A stretch of DNA of 64,000 nucleotides from a virus: the IMG/VR virus record IMGVR_UViG_3300042453_002354, positions 64,001 through 128,000 of that record; one strand, 5' to 3'. Shown piece by piece: positions 18,241-29,500 of this stretch. Position numbers and translations under genes: made by a program. Under the pieces are notes generated by a model. The model worked only from the letters and a program-made list of their open reading frames with translations. It made no database searches and had not been told where the DNA came from. Every line of letters starts with the position of its first letter. Position 1 is the first letter of the stretch.

Positions 18241-19101
18241 TTAGCTCTTCAAAAACCCAAAAATATCCGATTCGGAAAAGTCCAAATATCCTTGAGATTC
18301 ATCAACAAATCCTCTATTATTTGAGAGATCAAAATCATTATCTGCCAATTGATCGGGAGTACCATCCAATGTTTTCGTAGTTCCGCTAGTTGCGCCAGTG
18401 ATAATACCATTAGCGGTATAAAATACTCCTTTTATATTAATCAATTTTAATTCGTTTTTAGTATAATCCCAGAGTGCGACTTCACCACTGGCGGTTGAAT
18501 TTGCTAAACTAGTTCCTTGAAAAACGATTTCATTATCTAAAAAATTGCCAACACTGTTAGTAACTTTTAATAATAAAGTTCTAGAATAATCAGTTTCAAT
18601 CTGATCAATTTCAGCAATTCCAGTATCGAATTGTTCTTGTCCAAATTCAAATTTAGTAACTTCTAGTTCATAAATTGGCAAATCACCTAATTGAAACCAT
18701 CTTTCAAATTTGTTTACAAATTTTATTTCCCATAATGAATTTGTAGGAGGATCGAAAATTAAATCTCCTTCTCTAGGATTATCTAATTCATAATTAGTTG
18801 CTTGATCGAATCTAGTTTTTGAAACTACTAAAGTTATTCTATGTTCTAATTGTAAACCAAACTTTGATATGTGCTCCTGTGCACCTTCAAATGCTTGACT
18901 CTTATAATACATTTCCAAATCATAGTAGTCATCAAATTTAGATAAGATGTCTTCACCGTATATTAAATCTAATTTTTGTGTAGTTCTTGGCAGATAAAGC
19001 AAATCTACGCCATGTATCTGTATGACCTCTTTAATAAGATCGTCTACTAAATTTTGTTCTGAACGAACTCTAAATTGTCTGAAATATGGATTACTTGGCA
19101 C
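18241..19101 (-). CDS. gp14: Neck protein
   Basis: NPYF, EQNL..DL..E.IQI.G.D..YLPR, SKFGLQ, PREGDLI and DFSE...FG. Confidence 0.94.
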   Translation of the reverse strand: MPSNPYFRQFRVRSEQNLVDDLIKEVIQIHGVDLLYLPRTTQKLDLIYGEDILSKFDDYYDLEMYYKSQAFEGAQEHISKFGLQLEHRITLVVSKTRFDQATNYELDNPREGDLIFDPPTNSLWEIKFVNKFERWFQLGDLPIYELEVTKFEFGQEQFDTGIAEIDQIETDYSRTLLLKVTNSVGNFLDNEIVFQGTSLANSTASGEVALWDYTKNELKLINIKGVFYTANGIITGATSGTTKTLDGTPDQLADNDFDLSNNRGFVDESQGYLDFSESDIFGFLKS

Positions 19102-19124
19102 AATATTCTCCTTACGTACCTAGT

Positions 19125-19132
19125 TATTTATA
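19125..19132 (-). promoter_or_regulatory. Late promoter TATAAATA (gp14)
   Basis: Exact consensus. Confidence 0.75.
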
Positions 19133-19141
19133 GATTAGATT

Positions 19142-19801
19142 TTAACTGACCGATACGTTTCTATAATTTTTCATTATGCCGTGATCTACCATCACCGCAT
19201 GAAGTGTGATTGAACCGCCAGATCTGATTATCGTGTCTTTATCTATTTCATCTGATATGGATAAAAATGCATTTAAGTTACTAACATCATCATCAACCAA
19301 AACGACATAATTGTAATTTGATTGTTCAATAATTTTTTTGATCACAATTTTTTTGTTTATCGCAGATCCTTTGCCAGAACTTATGTTTCCTGCTCTGATT
19401 ACATGAATTTTACTATCTCTATTGTGTCCAACATCTATTTTGTATTTTCTAAGTGTGTTTAGAAATCCTTCTTTATTGTCAAAATCTGATCTTGCTGTCA
19501 ATAAATAAATTGAAGAATTTCTAGATTTGGCGGTCTTTTGTATTCTATTTAATAATTCTATAGTAACGGAAATTGGTACTGAAGTTTTTTGAAATAACTC
19601 AGCACTTCTAAATTCACCGAAGTCGAAAGACTCGCCATCTTGCAATTCGTAGGTATTAAATTCTGTATTTGTTAGGCTTTTTATTGTTTTGTTATTTTTG
19701 ACAACTTTGATTTTTGCAAAAGTATTGAATAAAGTTTCATCTATGTCAACAAAAGTAACAGATCTAGATTTTAGATAATCTTTGAAACTTTTTATAGGCA
19801 T
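19142..19801 (-). CDS. HAD-superfamily hydrolase-like protein
   Basis: FVDIDETLF (motif I), LLTARS (II), K (III) and LVDDD..NL (IV). Confidence 0.8.
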   Translation of the reverse strand: MPIKSFKDYLKSRSVTFVDIDETLFNTFAKIKVVKNNKTIKSLTNTEFNTYELQDGESFDFGEFRSAELFQKTSVPISVTIELLNRIQKTAKSRNSSIYLLTARSDFDNKEGFLNTLRKYKIDVGHNRDSKIHVIRAGNISSGKGSAINKKIVIKKIIEQSNYNYVVLVDDDVSNLNAFLSISDEIDKDTIIRSGGSITLHAVMVDHGIMKNYRNVSVS

Positions 19802-19804
19802 ATA

Positions 19805-20797
19805 TTATCCCATCCAAATATAACCCATAGACGTTTGAAATTCTTTTTGAAGTCTAACTTCTAACTTCTCCATTTCAGTAACTGCTTCGTCGTATATTTT
19901 TTGACCATTGAGTGTTACACCTCCCATTAAAGCAACACCATCATACTTCTTCAGATTATTGCCCCATTGCATCTTGAACAATAGATAAGCATATTCTCTA
20001 ACAAAATAATTGGAGTATACTTTAGGATAGTCAGAAGGATTTAATGCTTTCCACGCTTTAACCACAACGGTATCATCTATTTTAATTTGATTACCCCAAT
20101 CCGTGTTGATATTTAATCTGCCTGTGATTTGATTGAAATCGAATCTTGGTTGTGCGTTTAATTCAAAATCCAATAACGATAGATGTCTACGAAACATATC
20201 ATATGATATAATGTCTGTGCTGATAAGATGTGGTAAATTATTCAAATAGAATTGATATTTTACGTTCCACATTCCGGCGCCAGGATATCCCGTGTCCAGT
20301 TTTAATAAATGTGAAATTGCTATAATATCATCACCTAATGGCAAATAATGTCTATCGATATCACCCGCTACAAAAGGATTAGTTGCTGCCAATACTGCAA
20401 CAGTATTAGTGGATTCTCCTTTTATTGTTTCTCCTGGCAAGAATTGTATAAAATTGGCATATTGATTATCTTTCTTGGTATCATAAACTCTTATTGAAAG
20501 ATTATCACCAGCTTTATCGAAAAATTTAGTTTCTGCACCGCTGGTTAGTCCTATAATCTTTTCGTTTGTTTGAAATTCTGCTGTTACTGCCGATGCAAAA
20601 TTTATTTTACTGCCACTTATTTTATGTTGTAGATAGATGTCTTGTACGCCATCAAAGTGGTATTGCTTGAAATAATCCAATGCTTCTGATAATCTATCTT
20701 CACATTGCTCTGGTGATATGTTAATATCTATGACAGGTGCACCAAGTTTGGTCAAAACCCAATCTTTTAATTGTCTTCTTGTAGTAGGTAAAGCCAT
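19805..20797 (-). CDS. gp13: Neck protein
   Basis: PTTR..L....L..LGAPVIDIN, YHFDG and QWG.NL.KY.GV...GGVTLNG. The start is probably MALPTT at 20797 rather than 20839. Confidence 0.94.
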   Translation of the reverse strand: MALPTTRRQLKDWVLTKLGAPVIDINISPEQCEDRLSEALDYFKQYHFDGVQDIYLQHKISGSKINFASAVTAEFQTNEKIIGLTSGAETKFFDKAGDNLSIRVYDTKKDNQYANFIQFLPGETIKGESTNTVAVLAATNPFVAGDIDRHYLPLGDDIIAISHLLKLDTGYPGAGMWNVKYQFYLNNLPHLISTDIISYDMFRRHLSLLDFELNAQPRFDFNQITGRLNINTDWGNQIKIDDTVVVKAWKALNPSDYPKVYSNYFVREYAYLLFKMQWGNNLKKYDGVALMGGVTLNGQKIYDEAVTEMEKLEVRLQKEFQTSMGYIWMG

Positions 20798-20872
20798 TTT
20801 AGATTTGCCTTTTTGATTTATTATCAGTGAGTTTGACAATACTAGTTATTATTTATTCACATTTAAATTGTC

Positions 20873-20880
20873 TATAAATA
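20873..20880 (+). promoter_or_regulatory. Late promoter TATAAATA for the plus-strand ORF at 20914
   Basis: Exact consensus, followed by a GGAG RBS. Confidence 0.75.
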
Positions 20881-20913
20881 ATTAAACAGAATTGAATATT
20901 TCGGAGAACTAAT

Positions 20914-21483
20914 ATGAGACTTCTTTTTTTAAAATTTTTAAATTTGGTTGAACGTCTTCTTAGAAAATATGTAGGCGAAGAAGAGGTAAAAAGTGACAAA
21001 GTATCGAACGATGTCAAACCAGTAGTTGAACCGGAACCCGTCAAAGTGGAAGAAAGTTTAGACGATCCTGAAACGACCGATCTCAACGGACCAGGAGTAA
21101 CACATTGTCTTTGGAAACCAGTATCGGATACTTCACCAGAATTAGTTATTGTAGTTGCTGCCGATACCATTAGAAGAGAACATCTAGTATTAGAATTGCG
21201 TGATAGTAGTGATAAAATAATAAAACTAAAAACTAATAGAAGCTACAGTGATCATAGAGGAAATCAATTACCGGATCACAAATTGGGTAGATTTAATTTT
21301 AAGCCTGGATTTAAAATAGAAAATTTAAAAAGTAGAGAACCAATAACTGTTAAATTTTTCATTCAAATAGGAAAAAAGAAACACGAATGTAAAGTTGGCG
21401 GTAAAGATTCGTTTGTCATCAAAGATGTGGCAAAACGTTGGGTCTGTACCGCCGGTCGTGTTAGATTAGATCCTAAGAAATGA
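20914..21483 (+). CDS. Hypothetical late protein with LWKPxSD domain
   Basis: Own late promoter and RBS; amphipathic N-terminus, acidic/Pro linker, then the domain shared with the gp5 C-terminus and 58394..59518. Confidence 0.75.
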   Translation: MRLLFLKFLNLVERLLRKYVGEEEVKSDKVSNDVKPVVEPEPVKVEESLDDPETTDLNGPGVTHCLWKPVSDTSPELVIVVAADTIRREHLVLELRDSSDKIIKLKTNRSYSDHRGNQLPDHKLGRFNFKPGFKIENLKSREPITVKFFIQIGKKKHECKVGGKDSFVIKDVAKRWVCTAGRVRLDPKK

Positions 21484-21506
21484 TTTAATTTTAATCACCA
21501 AGAAAA

Positions 21507-24065
21507 TTAAGATTTCAATAACTCAATTTCTTTTTTTAAAGATTCAACTTCTTTTATCAATTTTTGAATAAGTGACAAATTTAAAACTGATAAAGTTCCG
21601 TAGTTTACGCCGCCTGGTATTCTTTCCGCACCTTCTAATGTTGTAATACTACCATCTTCGTTTTGTATTAAATCCTCTTGTTTATATTCCCAATTCACTA
21701 GACGAGGTTCAATCTCTGCAACTTCTTCTGCTATTAATCCATAGTACGACCATTCGGCAGGATTTTCTAAAGGATCAGATTTTTTCGACCGAAACCAAAC
21801 AGGACGTAAACCTAAAATTGCATCACGATGTAAATCGTCTATATCTTCAACGTCTTTTTTATATCGAATAGAAGATGATGATCTAAATAATCTACCAGTA
21901 GATCCGGAAATGAATACGTTGGCCGCTCCCGCATTCGTATTATCACGAATGGAATTGGAAAGGAATTGTAAATCTGCTCCCGAGACTTGTGTTCTAAATA
22001 TTTCACTTCCACCTACAGAGAATACTGTTGCGGTACTAGTGGAGTTCACGGAACTAGTTGTTACATTTCCTGTTATATTTCCTGAAAAGGTTGCGGTTAT
22101 AGTTCCTGCACTAAAACTACCACCAGAATCTCTTGATACAATAGTGCTTCCTATATTTGAGGGACTTTGGTCTAACCCATCCAATAAATCCGCATTCAGT
22201 CCGCTACCAGATCCATCATTTCCTGCGTGCCATACCTTATTCCAAGCCGTAGAACCGCTTCCGGCGGTCGCTCTATAATATAATGCATTGCTATCATTAA
22301 AATTACAAGCAAATTGCATTGAGTAGTAATTTCCGGCATTACTGTGTGTACTAGCAAGTAAATGATACCAACCATTTGTCGTTTCTGGCCATCCCTCAGC
22401 AGTTGTTGCGGTACTAGTTTCCCAAAATCCAGAATTGACTCTGGTCGTTATGTTATCTGCCGTGCTGGATGAAGCGGCAGTATTCAAATACGTAGCAGTG
22501 GTTGCACCGCTTGCAGTTCCTGTTAAATTTGCCGTTATAGTTCCAGCACTAAAATTACCAGAAGAGTCTCTTGAGACAACAGTACTTCCGGTGTTTGCAG
22601 AAGTTGCGCTTAATCCGTCCAATAAATCAGCATTCAAATTTGTTACTAAGGTCGTGGAAGAAACCGATAGTGGCGCTGTGCCGGTTGCTACGGTTGAAAT
22701 TAATTGACTTGACGATCTTATAGATCCAGATACATCTAATTTTGTACCTGGACTTGCAGTTCCTATTCCGACATCACCACTTGATGTAATTCTCATGCGC
22801 TCGACATTATTGTTTCCAATGATAAAATCGGAATTTTCGTGATTCCAGAGATAAGCAACTGCACTAGCATTAATTCCAATAACCAAACCATCGCCGGTGG
22901 TCGTTCCAGTATTTGTATTTTGGAATGACGCAAACGCTTCATTTGCGGTCGTATTACGAAATCTCGCTCTAAACGTTGTTGAACCCGAGGTTACATCGAG
23001 CACATCTAGCGGTGAGGCTGTTCCTATACCAACATTACCGCTTGAGTTTATTCTGAATCTTTCTACACGAGTTGTAGAAGCACTAGGTGTGGTCGAAATT
23101 GCAAAAAATGTAGGATGACTAGTGGCGGTCGGCGTCGATTCTACGCCAATACTAATAGAAGCAGTATTTATAAATGTCGTTCCATTGCTAGTTGTGCCTG
23201 CCACTATGTTTAGAGGATTTGTTGAAGTTGTCGTTGCAGATGGACTTGCTTCAGTGCCGCCGGCCGCTTGCAGACCAACGCTACAAGATCCTCCGTAACT
23301 TCTTCCGAGTAGAGCAGTATTGATCGTTTCGCCTGATCGTATTACTATGGTTTGTGCAGCATTCGATACAGTATTTGAAGTATTTAAACAAGCGGTACCA
23401 TCAGAATTTATGCGGAATCTTTCAGTATTATTAGTTCTTAAACTAATTGCAGACGCATCTTGTCCAAGTAATGTTAAATCTCCTGTACCTCGGTGTTGTA
23501 TATAACTGCTACCGTTTGCTCCTCCATCTCTTGATAATCTCATTCCAAAATCGGTGTAAGTGGTATCACCTACGAAATCAATATAACTCTGTCCACTTCC
23601 CGTTCTACCATTTCCGATTTGTATTAAACAAGACTGTGTACTTGTGTTCGTATTTCCAACGTATAATTGTGCTCCTGCACCAGTCAGGTTAAGGGTTCCT
23701 GCAAATGTTGCCGCACCTGCATTGCTAATATTCCAATTGTTTGAGTTGGTCTGTGAAATGGAATATACATTAGTTATTGATTGATCGCCAAGACTTAATC
23801 CGGTTCCAAAAACGACTTGATCGCTTGAGTTCAGTCCTATCAAATTTACATTACCTGTATTTGCCGCATTTCTTGCCGTGATCGATTGATTATTCGGTAT
23901 TCTTAAATAACCAGACGATGCCGGACTTGGACCTAATGCAAGTCCACCGCCAATAGTTACTGAACCATCTGAAGATGATATTGTTAATCTATCCGTGCCT
24001 CCGGTCCTCAATGCTAAATCTTGTCCAGATGCGGTTGTTAAATTTTTAACTGTTAATGTAGCCAT
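21507..24065 (-). CDS. Tail fibre with C-terminal intramolecular chaperone (peptidase S74-like)
   Basis: ERMRITSSG.VGIGT repeats, LNADLLDG and C-terminal SSIRYKKDV...LRPV.F...YGLIAEEV plus a coiled coil. Confidence 0.88.
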   Translation of the reverse strand: MATLTVKNLTTASGQDLALRTGGTDRLTISSSDGSVTIGGGLALGPSPASSGYLRIPNNQSITARNAANTGNVNLIGLNSSDQVVFGTGLSLGDQSITNVYSISQTNSNNWNISNAGAATFAGTLNLTGAGAQLYVGNTNTSTQSCLIQIGNGRTGSGQSYIDFVGDTTYTDFGMRLSRDGGANGSSYIQHRGTGDLTLLGQDASAISLRTNNTERFRINSDGTACLNTSNTVSNAAQTIVIRSGETINTALLGRSYGGSCSVGLQAAGGTEASPSATTTSTNPLNIVAGTTSNGTTFINTASISIGVESTPTATSHPTFFAISTTPSASTTRVERFRINSSGNVGIGTASPLDVLDVTSGSTTFRARFRNTTANEAFASFQNTNTGTTTGDGLVIGINASAVAYLWNHENSDFIIGNNNVERMRITSSGDVGIGTASPGTKLDVSGSIRSSSQLISTVATGTAPLSVSSTTLVTNLNADLLDGLSATSANTGSTVVSRDSSGNFSAGTITANLTGTASGATTATYLNTAASSSTADNITTRVNSGFWETSTATTAEGWPETTNGWYHLLASTHSNAGNYYSMQFACNFNDSNALYYRATAGSGSTAWNKVWHAGNDGSGSGLNADLLDGLDQSPSNIGSTIVSRDSGGSFSAGTITATFSGNITGNVTTSSVNSTSTATVFSVGGSEIFRTQVSGADLQFLSNSIRDNTNAGAANVFISGSTGRLFRSSSSIRYKKDVEDIDDLHRDAILGLRPVWFRSKKSDPLENPAEWSYYGLIAEEVAEIEPRLVNWEYKQEDLIQNEDGSITTLEGAERIPGGVNYGTLSVLNLSLIQKLIKEVESLKKEIELLKS

Positions 24066-24099
24066 TTTTATTTTTACCTATTTAAAATTTAATTTCCTA

Positions 24100-26565
24100 T
24101 TAACTTATAAGAGCATAATTTACAAAGGCTCTCCAATTCACAGTCTGTGAGGCCGCACCAGTCACTCGGATTCTAACATCATTTGTGGAAACATCTACGG
24201 TAAAATCATATCCAGAACTTCCATAAGATTCAATCTCCTTGATTGTTCCTCCAAAATCTGCTGCTAACGTTGCTGCACCGGCATTATTTCTATAAACCAA
24301 AAATCTTAATTTTCCACCTACGCCCATAGCAGTTGTACTACTTCTCCTACCAACAACGTCAACATCAAATGAATATGTCGTATTATCTGCAAGAGTGAGT
24401 GTATACAAATTAGTTTGTGTTGCATCGGTAGTTGTGACGTTTGCAGATGTTCGTACAGTACCAGTAGGATCGCTAGAACCACCAGAAGCCGCTTTCCATA
24501 CTGCATTTCCGGTCGAAGTATCTTTTGTCAATACGTGTTCATTAGTAGCAGAAGATACGGCAGTCAGTGCATTAATGGCAGCTTGTGCAGTTGTTTGTCC
24601 TGTACCGCCGTTTGCTACCGGTAGAGTTCCCGTGACACCGCTTGATAATGGTAGACCTGTACAGTTTGTTAATGTACCGGAAGTTGGCGTACCAAGTAAT
24701 GGCGTTACTAGAGTTGGTGAAGTTGCAAATACCAAAGAGCCAGATCCGGTTTCGTCAGAAATGACACCAGCTAGTTCTGCTGAAGTTGTTGCTGCAAATG
24801 CATTTAGTTTATTGGATGTTGTAGTTAATGTACCGGATGTGGGTAATGTTACATTTGTCGCTGCGGTGGTAGTTAAAGTCAACGCAAAGTTGCCTGAGGT
24901 TGTTAAATTGTTAGCCAGAGTTAAATCGCCGGATAAACTTAATGTTCTATTTGCATCGTTGACGTTCAGACTGAGTGTTCTTGCTGCCGTTAGGTTTGCG
25001 CTATTTGTAATTCCCAAGTAATGAGAAGGCGTTGAATCGTCATACAAAAAGATATCACCAAAATATCCACTTTGTGTCGATGTGTTACTATTTGATAGTG
25101 CATCTGTAATGCCATAACCACTTATTGTAGTAGGTTTGGAAGCTATATTCGCAAAGGTGTATCCTGTACAGTTTGTTAATGTACCGGAAGTTGGCGTACC
25201 AAGTAATGGAGTCACTAAAGTAGGAGAAGTTGCAAATACTAAAGATCCAGATCCAGTTTCATCAGTGATTGCCGATCTTAGATTAGCACTTGTATCACTA
25301 ATTCCGTAACCGCTAAATGTTGTAGGATTTGTTCCTGATGTGACCCTTCCTTTAACATCTACGGTCACAGATCTATATGTTCCAGCAGTTGCGCCAGAAT
25401 TTGCTAAAGTCAATGAGGAAGATACATCAGCAGAACCATCAAAAGAAACTGACCAAGTTGCATCACCAGTTGCAGAAATACTTCTTGCAGTGGCAAGTTT
25501 TGTAGCAGTGTCGGAATTACCAGCAACAGGACTAATTTCTATATAAGCCGAACCTGACCATCTATAAATTTTATTTGTATCTAAAGCAACATAAATTTTT
25601 GCAGTTTCTCCGCTAACTGGAAATCCAGCAAGATTTGCATATTCGAGAACATCATCCACAAAACTAGGAAGCTGTGATGAAGGAACCAATCCCGAAGCAT
25701 TTAGTGTAGCAACGCCATTTACTGCACCCTTTTCGGATGATGCTACAGCATCGGTAATTCCGTAACCACTTAACGTTGTGGGTTTTGAAGATATGTTTGC
25801 AAAAGTATAACCAGTACAATTTGTTAATGTACCAGAAGTTGGAGTTCCTAAAATTGGCGTTACTAAGGTTGGTGAAGTTGCAAATACCAAAGAGCCAGAT
25901 CCCGTCTCATCAGTGATTGCTGATGCAAGGTTTGCGCTTGTATCACTAATTCCGTAACCGCTGAATGTAGTGGGATTAGTACCGCTGGTTACACGACCCT
26001 TAGCGTCTACAGTCACAGATCTATATGTTCCAGCAGTTGCGCCAGAATTTGCAAGCGTTAGTGAGCTTGATGCATTTGCCGAACCATCAAAAGAAACTGA
26101 CCACGTGGCATCGCCAGTTACAGAAATATCTCTTGCTGTTGCCAATTTGGTAGAAGTTGCTGAGTTTCCGTCTATACTACCTGAAATTGTGCTTGAAAAT
26201 GTTTTTGTTCCTGCTATTGTTTGCGTGCCAGTAGTTATTAATCCTCTATTGCTGGATGATGCATCTGGTATGTTAAATGTATGTGTGCTTGTCGAGGATG
26301 AAATATTAAAATCTGTTCCAGATGTTCCTGTCGCAAATGTTTGTGTCGATGCGGTTAAACTATTGAGTGATGTTATACCACCCTCAACTGAGGATGAAAT
26401 GGTAACATCACCAGTTCCCGTATCGATACCAGTTGATGACAGTGTTATGCCAGTACCAGCAATCAATCGCTTAACTACAGCTTGGCCAGAAACAGTATCG
26501 TTTAGATCACTTCTTTTTACTTCTTGATCTTTAATTTGTATAGATTTAATTTCTGTTCTGGACAT
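24100..26565 (-). CDS. Tail fibre protein with internal repeats
   Basis: AGTYRSVTVD.KGRVT.G.NPTT..GYGI.D and DETGSGSLVFATSPTLVTP repeats; LPSFVDDVLEY module. Confidence 0.85.
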   Translation of the reverse strand: MSRTEIKSIQIKDQEVKRSDLNDTVSGQAVVKRLIAGTGITLSSTGIDTGTGDVTISSSVEGGITSLNSLTASTQTFATGTSGTDFNISSSTSTHTFNIPDASSSNRGLITTGTQTIAGTKTFSSTISGSIDGNSATSTKLATARDISVTGDATWSVSFDGSANASSSLTLANSGATAGTYRSVTVDAKGRVTSGTNPTTFSGYGISDTSANLASAITDETGSGSLVFATSPTLVTPILGTPTSGTLTNCTGYTFANISSKPTTLSGYGITDAVASSEKGAVNGVATLNASGLVPSSQLPSFVDDVLEYANLAGFPVSGETAKIYVALDTNKIYRWSGSAYIEISPVAGNSDTATKLATARSISATGDATWSVSFDGSADVSSSLTLANSGATAGTYRSVTVDVKGRVTSGTNPTTFSGYGISDTSANLRSAITDETGSGSLVFATSPTLVTPLLGTPTSGTLTNCTGYTFANIASKPTTISGYGITDALSNSNTSTQSGYFGDIFLYDDSTPSHYLGITNSANLTAARTLSLNVNDANRTLSLSGDLTLANNLTTSGNFALTLTTTAATNVTLPTSGTLTTTSNKLNAFAATTSAELAGVISDETGSGSLVFATSPTLVTPLLGTPTSGTLTNCTGLPLSSGVTGTLPVANGGTGQTTAQAAINALTAVSSATNEHVLTKDTSTGNAVWKAASGGSSDPTGTVRTSANVTTTDATQTNLYTLTLADNTTYSFDVDVVGRRSSTTAMGVGGKLRFLVYRNNAGAATLAADFGGTIKEIESYGSSGYDFTVDVSTNDVRIRVTGAASQTVNWRAFVNYALIS
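24660..26165. repeat. Internal duplication in the fibre gene: two units of about 420 bp plus a partial third
   Basis: About 25750-26165 vs 25100-25515, near-identical in protein; partial copy at about 24660-24770. Confidence 0.85.
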
Positions 26566-26599
26566 ATTAAAATCCTTTGATAAGATTTGTTTTTATTAT

Positions 26600-29500
26600 T
26601 TATGATTCTAGAATCTCGATTCTTTCTTTCAATTTTTGTATTTCTTCTAATGCACTTTGTAGTGCTTTTGTTGAATTGCTGGCAATTTCCGACAACTCTT
26701 GTATGGATTTAATTATAGGCGATATGAATTCGTGATACCTCAACGATTGCTGTGAGTTAGGATCATCTTTATCGGATAATATCCAACCGGCAAAATCCTC
26801 ACCATTTTTACCAATCTGTTCTAATACTTCTTTTACTTCTTGTGCTATTAGTCCATAGTGTGTTCTTGTACCACTTTTTGGTGTTATCGTTTTGATTATT
26901 TTTCTATTTTCATCTAACAAAGGTTCACCGTTCTCATCTTTTTGTACATTAACTTCATTATAACCTACTTTCCATTTATAACTAACTGGTCTTAGTGCAT
27001 TTATAAAATTTAAACCAAGAGGGGAGTTTTCTATAGTATGCTTCGTTCTCACATCAGAAGTGTTAATTGTACCATCAACAGACCAGACCTCCTGCCAGCG
27101 ATAGTCATCATTACCTAATAAATGTGAATTATCCAGTTGTGGGAGTACGTTACCAGCAGGTGAAATCCAAAGTCCTTTGACTTGACTTGTATTTGTAATA
27201 TAAATTTCACCGTTTCGTGCATATTCATACACACCTCTTATCGTTGGTGTGATTCCGAAACTGTCCGTGGGTATTACCAATTCATTAGCCCAAAGATCAA
27301 AGGACCATGTAACACCGGCATCTGGACCTACAAATCTTATAGGGCCTTCTCCATTCTGGAAAATTTTTAAATTGCCGTTTATACCAGGTTCTCTTATTAT
27401 TCTTGCATCAAAATCGGTGCTGTCTTGCGAATGAAAATCTATATAACTATTTCTATCACCAGTTCCTATTGAATTTATTTCAATTCCGCCGGCGCCAGTT
27501 AGTATTGTACCTGCGGTTATAGTTCCAGCACTAAAATTACCAGAAGCATCTCTTCTGACTATAGTATTTCCAACATTACTCGCTGTTCCTAATAAGGAAT
27601 CATTTCCTGAATGCCATATTCTATTCCAAGACTTATTTCCATCATCAGTCGTCGCTCTATAAAACAATGAATTGCTATCATAAAAACTACCAGCAAATTG
27701 CATTGAGTAATAATTTGAGGTAGTACTATGCGTACTGCACAATAGATGATACCAAGCATTTGTCGTTTCTGGCCATCCTTCGGCGATTGTTGCGGTACTA
27801 GTTTCCCAAAATCCGGAATTGACTCTATTGGTTATATTATCTGCCGTGCTTGATGAAAAGGCAGTATTTAAATATGTAGCAGTGGTTGCACTGGTGGCAT
27901 TTCCAAAAAATTGGTTTGCTGTAACATCTCCCGCAACGTGTAACGAGGTACTTGGAGTATTCGTGCCAATTCCAATATTACCGCCTGATGTAATTCTCAT
28001 TCTTTCGGTGGCATTTGTGCTAAAGGTTAAATTTGCCGCCGCCGATGTCCGAATGTCTAATGTTCCCGTTCCCGAGTGTGATATTTCGCCAGTACCATTT
28101 AATCCTCCGTTGCGAGTCATTCGCAAAGTGCCGCCGCCGGAGGATGCACCAACAAGTGAAATTTGTGAAATACCGCTTCCGCTGCGACCATTTCCGACTT
28201 GAATGGAACACGTTTCAGTGCTAGTTGCGAAATCGCCAACCTTTAAAGTTGCGGCTGCGGGACGGATCATAACCACACCGTCGGCATCTATTCGCATTCT
28301 CTCTGTATTGTTTGTATGGAGTGCAAAATATCCGTTTTGTTGGTTTGAAAAGATGACGTTACTTCCATCTGCATTAGAGATATAAGCAGATCGAAATCCA
28401 CCACCTCCACTAGTTCCAAGATCTACACTAAATTCCGGTCTAGCCGCAAGATCGCCAATTCGCACAGATCCTATAACGTCCAGTGGATAGAGAGGATTAT
28501 TTGTTCCAATGCCGATCAACCCCATAGATGTAATTCTCATTCTTTCGGTACCGGCTCCGTAGTTTCCGCTCCAAAACTGTAACGCTCCGGTAGACTCGGC
28601 AGTTATATGAAAGTTATTTGAAGAAGTCGAACTACTTCCGATCTGAAGACTACTAGCAACATCAAGATTAGCATACGGAGATGTTGTGCCTATACCCACT
28701 TTACCAGTAGACGTAATTCTCATTCTCTCAGACAATCCAGTTACTATAACAATAGGAGCTGCATCTTGCGTTTGCAATAATAAAGATCCAGTGCCTCTAT
28801 GTGAAAGAACGGAATCGGCATTAGCACCACTAGCTTCTCTAGAAATTCTTAAACCAAAATCGGAATAGGTAGTATCACCTATGAAATCAATATAACTTTG
28901 TCCACTCCCTGTTCTACCATTTCCGATTTGTATTAAACAAGACTGTGTACTTGTATTTGAGTTTCCGACATAAAATTCGGCGCCTTGTTTACTTACTGTA
29001 ACGTTACCATCTGAACCTATTCTAAATCTTTCAGTAAATCCTGTACCAGTTTTAATTACGAGATTATCCGATGTTCCTATTGTTCTAATGGAATTTGTGA
29101 TGACATCGCCAGAAGATGAAAATCCGCCTGAGTTTATAATTCCAGTGACATCAATATCAGTTCCCCAGAGTTTTCCTACTCTACTTCCCGATGCACCAAT
29201 GTCATAAGTTGAATTTGGTATAAATGCCGCATTTGTTCCATTTGCTATGCGCCATTGATAAGCACCGCCATTTGAACCAAGATATAATGATTGCCCAGTT
29301 CCAGAATTTAATTGATTTCCAAAAATTTGAGATAATGCATTAGTAGTAGCTCCGAAATTTTGACTATTGGCGGTAGAGGGTATTAAGTTTCCTCCGCTAT
29401 CTAGATTCCATTTTGTTGCGCCACCGGCTGCTAGAGCTAGTGTGGTATCTGAGGTAATCTTTCTAGAAAATGTTTCAGCTAGATTGAAACCAGAGCGTCC

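Noticed and set aside
21295-21318. NFKPGF[KR]I heptapeptide shared by ORF 20914 and gp5
   Set aside because: It occupies non-equivalent positions relative to the shared domain, so it was treated as probable coincidence and not used as evidence.
21910-28868. Many plus-strand ORFs opposite the fibre genes (e.g. 24395..25021, 25970..26527)
   Set aside because: Shadow ORFs arising from Thr/Ser/Gly codon bias; no RBS or recognisable domains.
22310-28954. Diversity-generating retroelement TR/VR pair in the fibre repeats
   Set aside because: Mismatches are mostly synonymous and not adenine-specific, both copies are coding, and there is no reverse transcriptase in the window.
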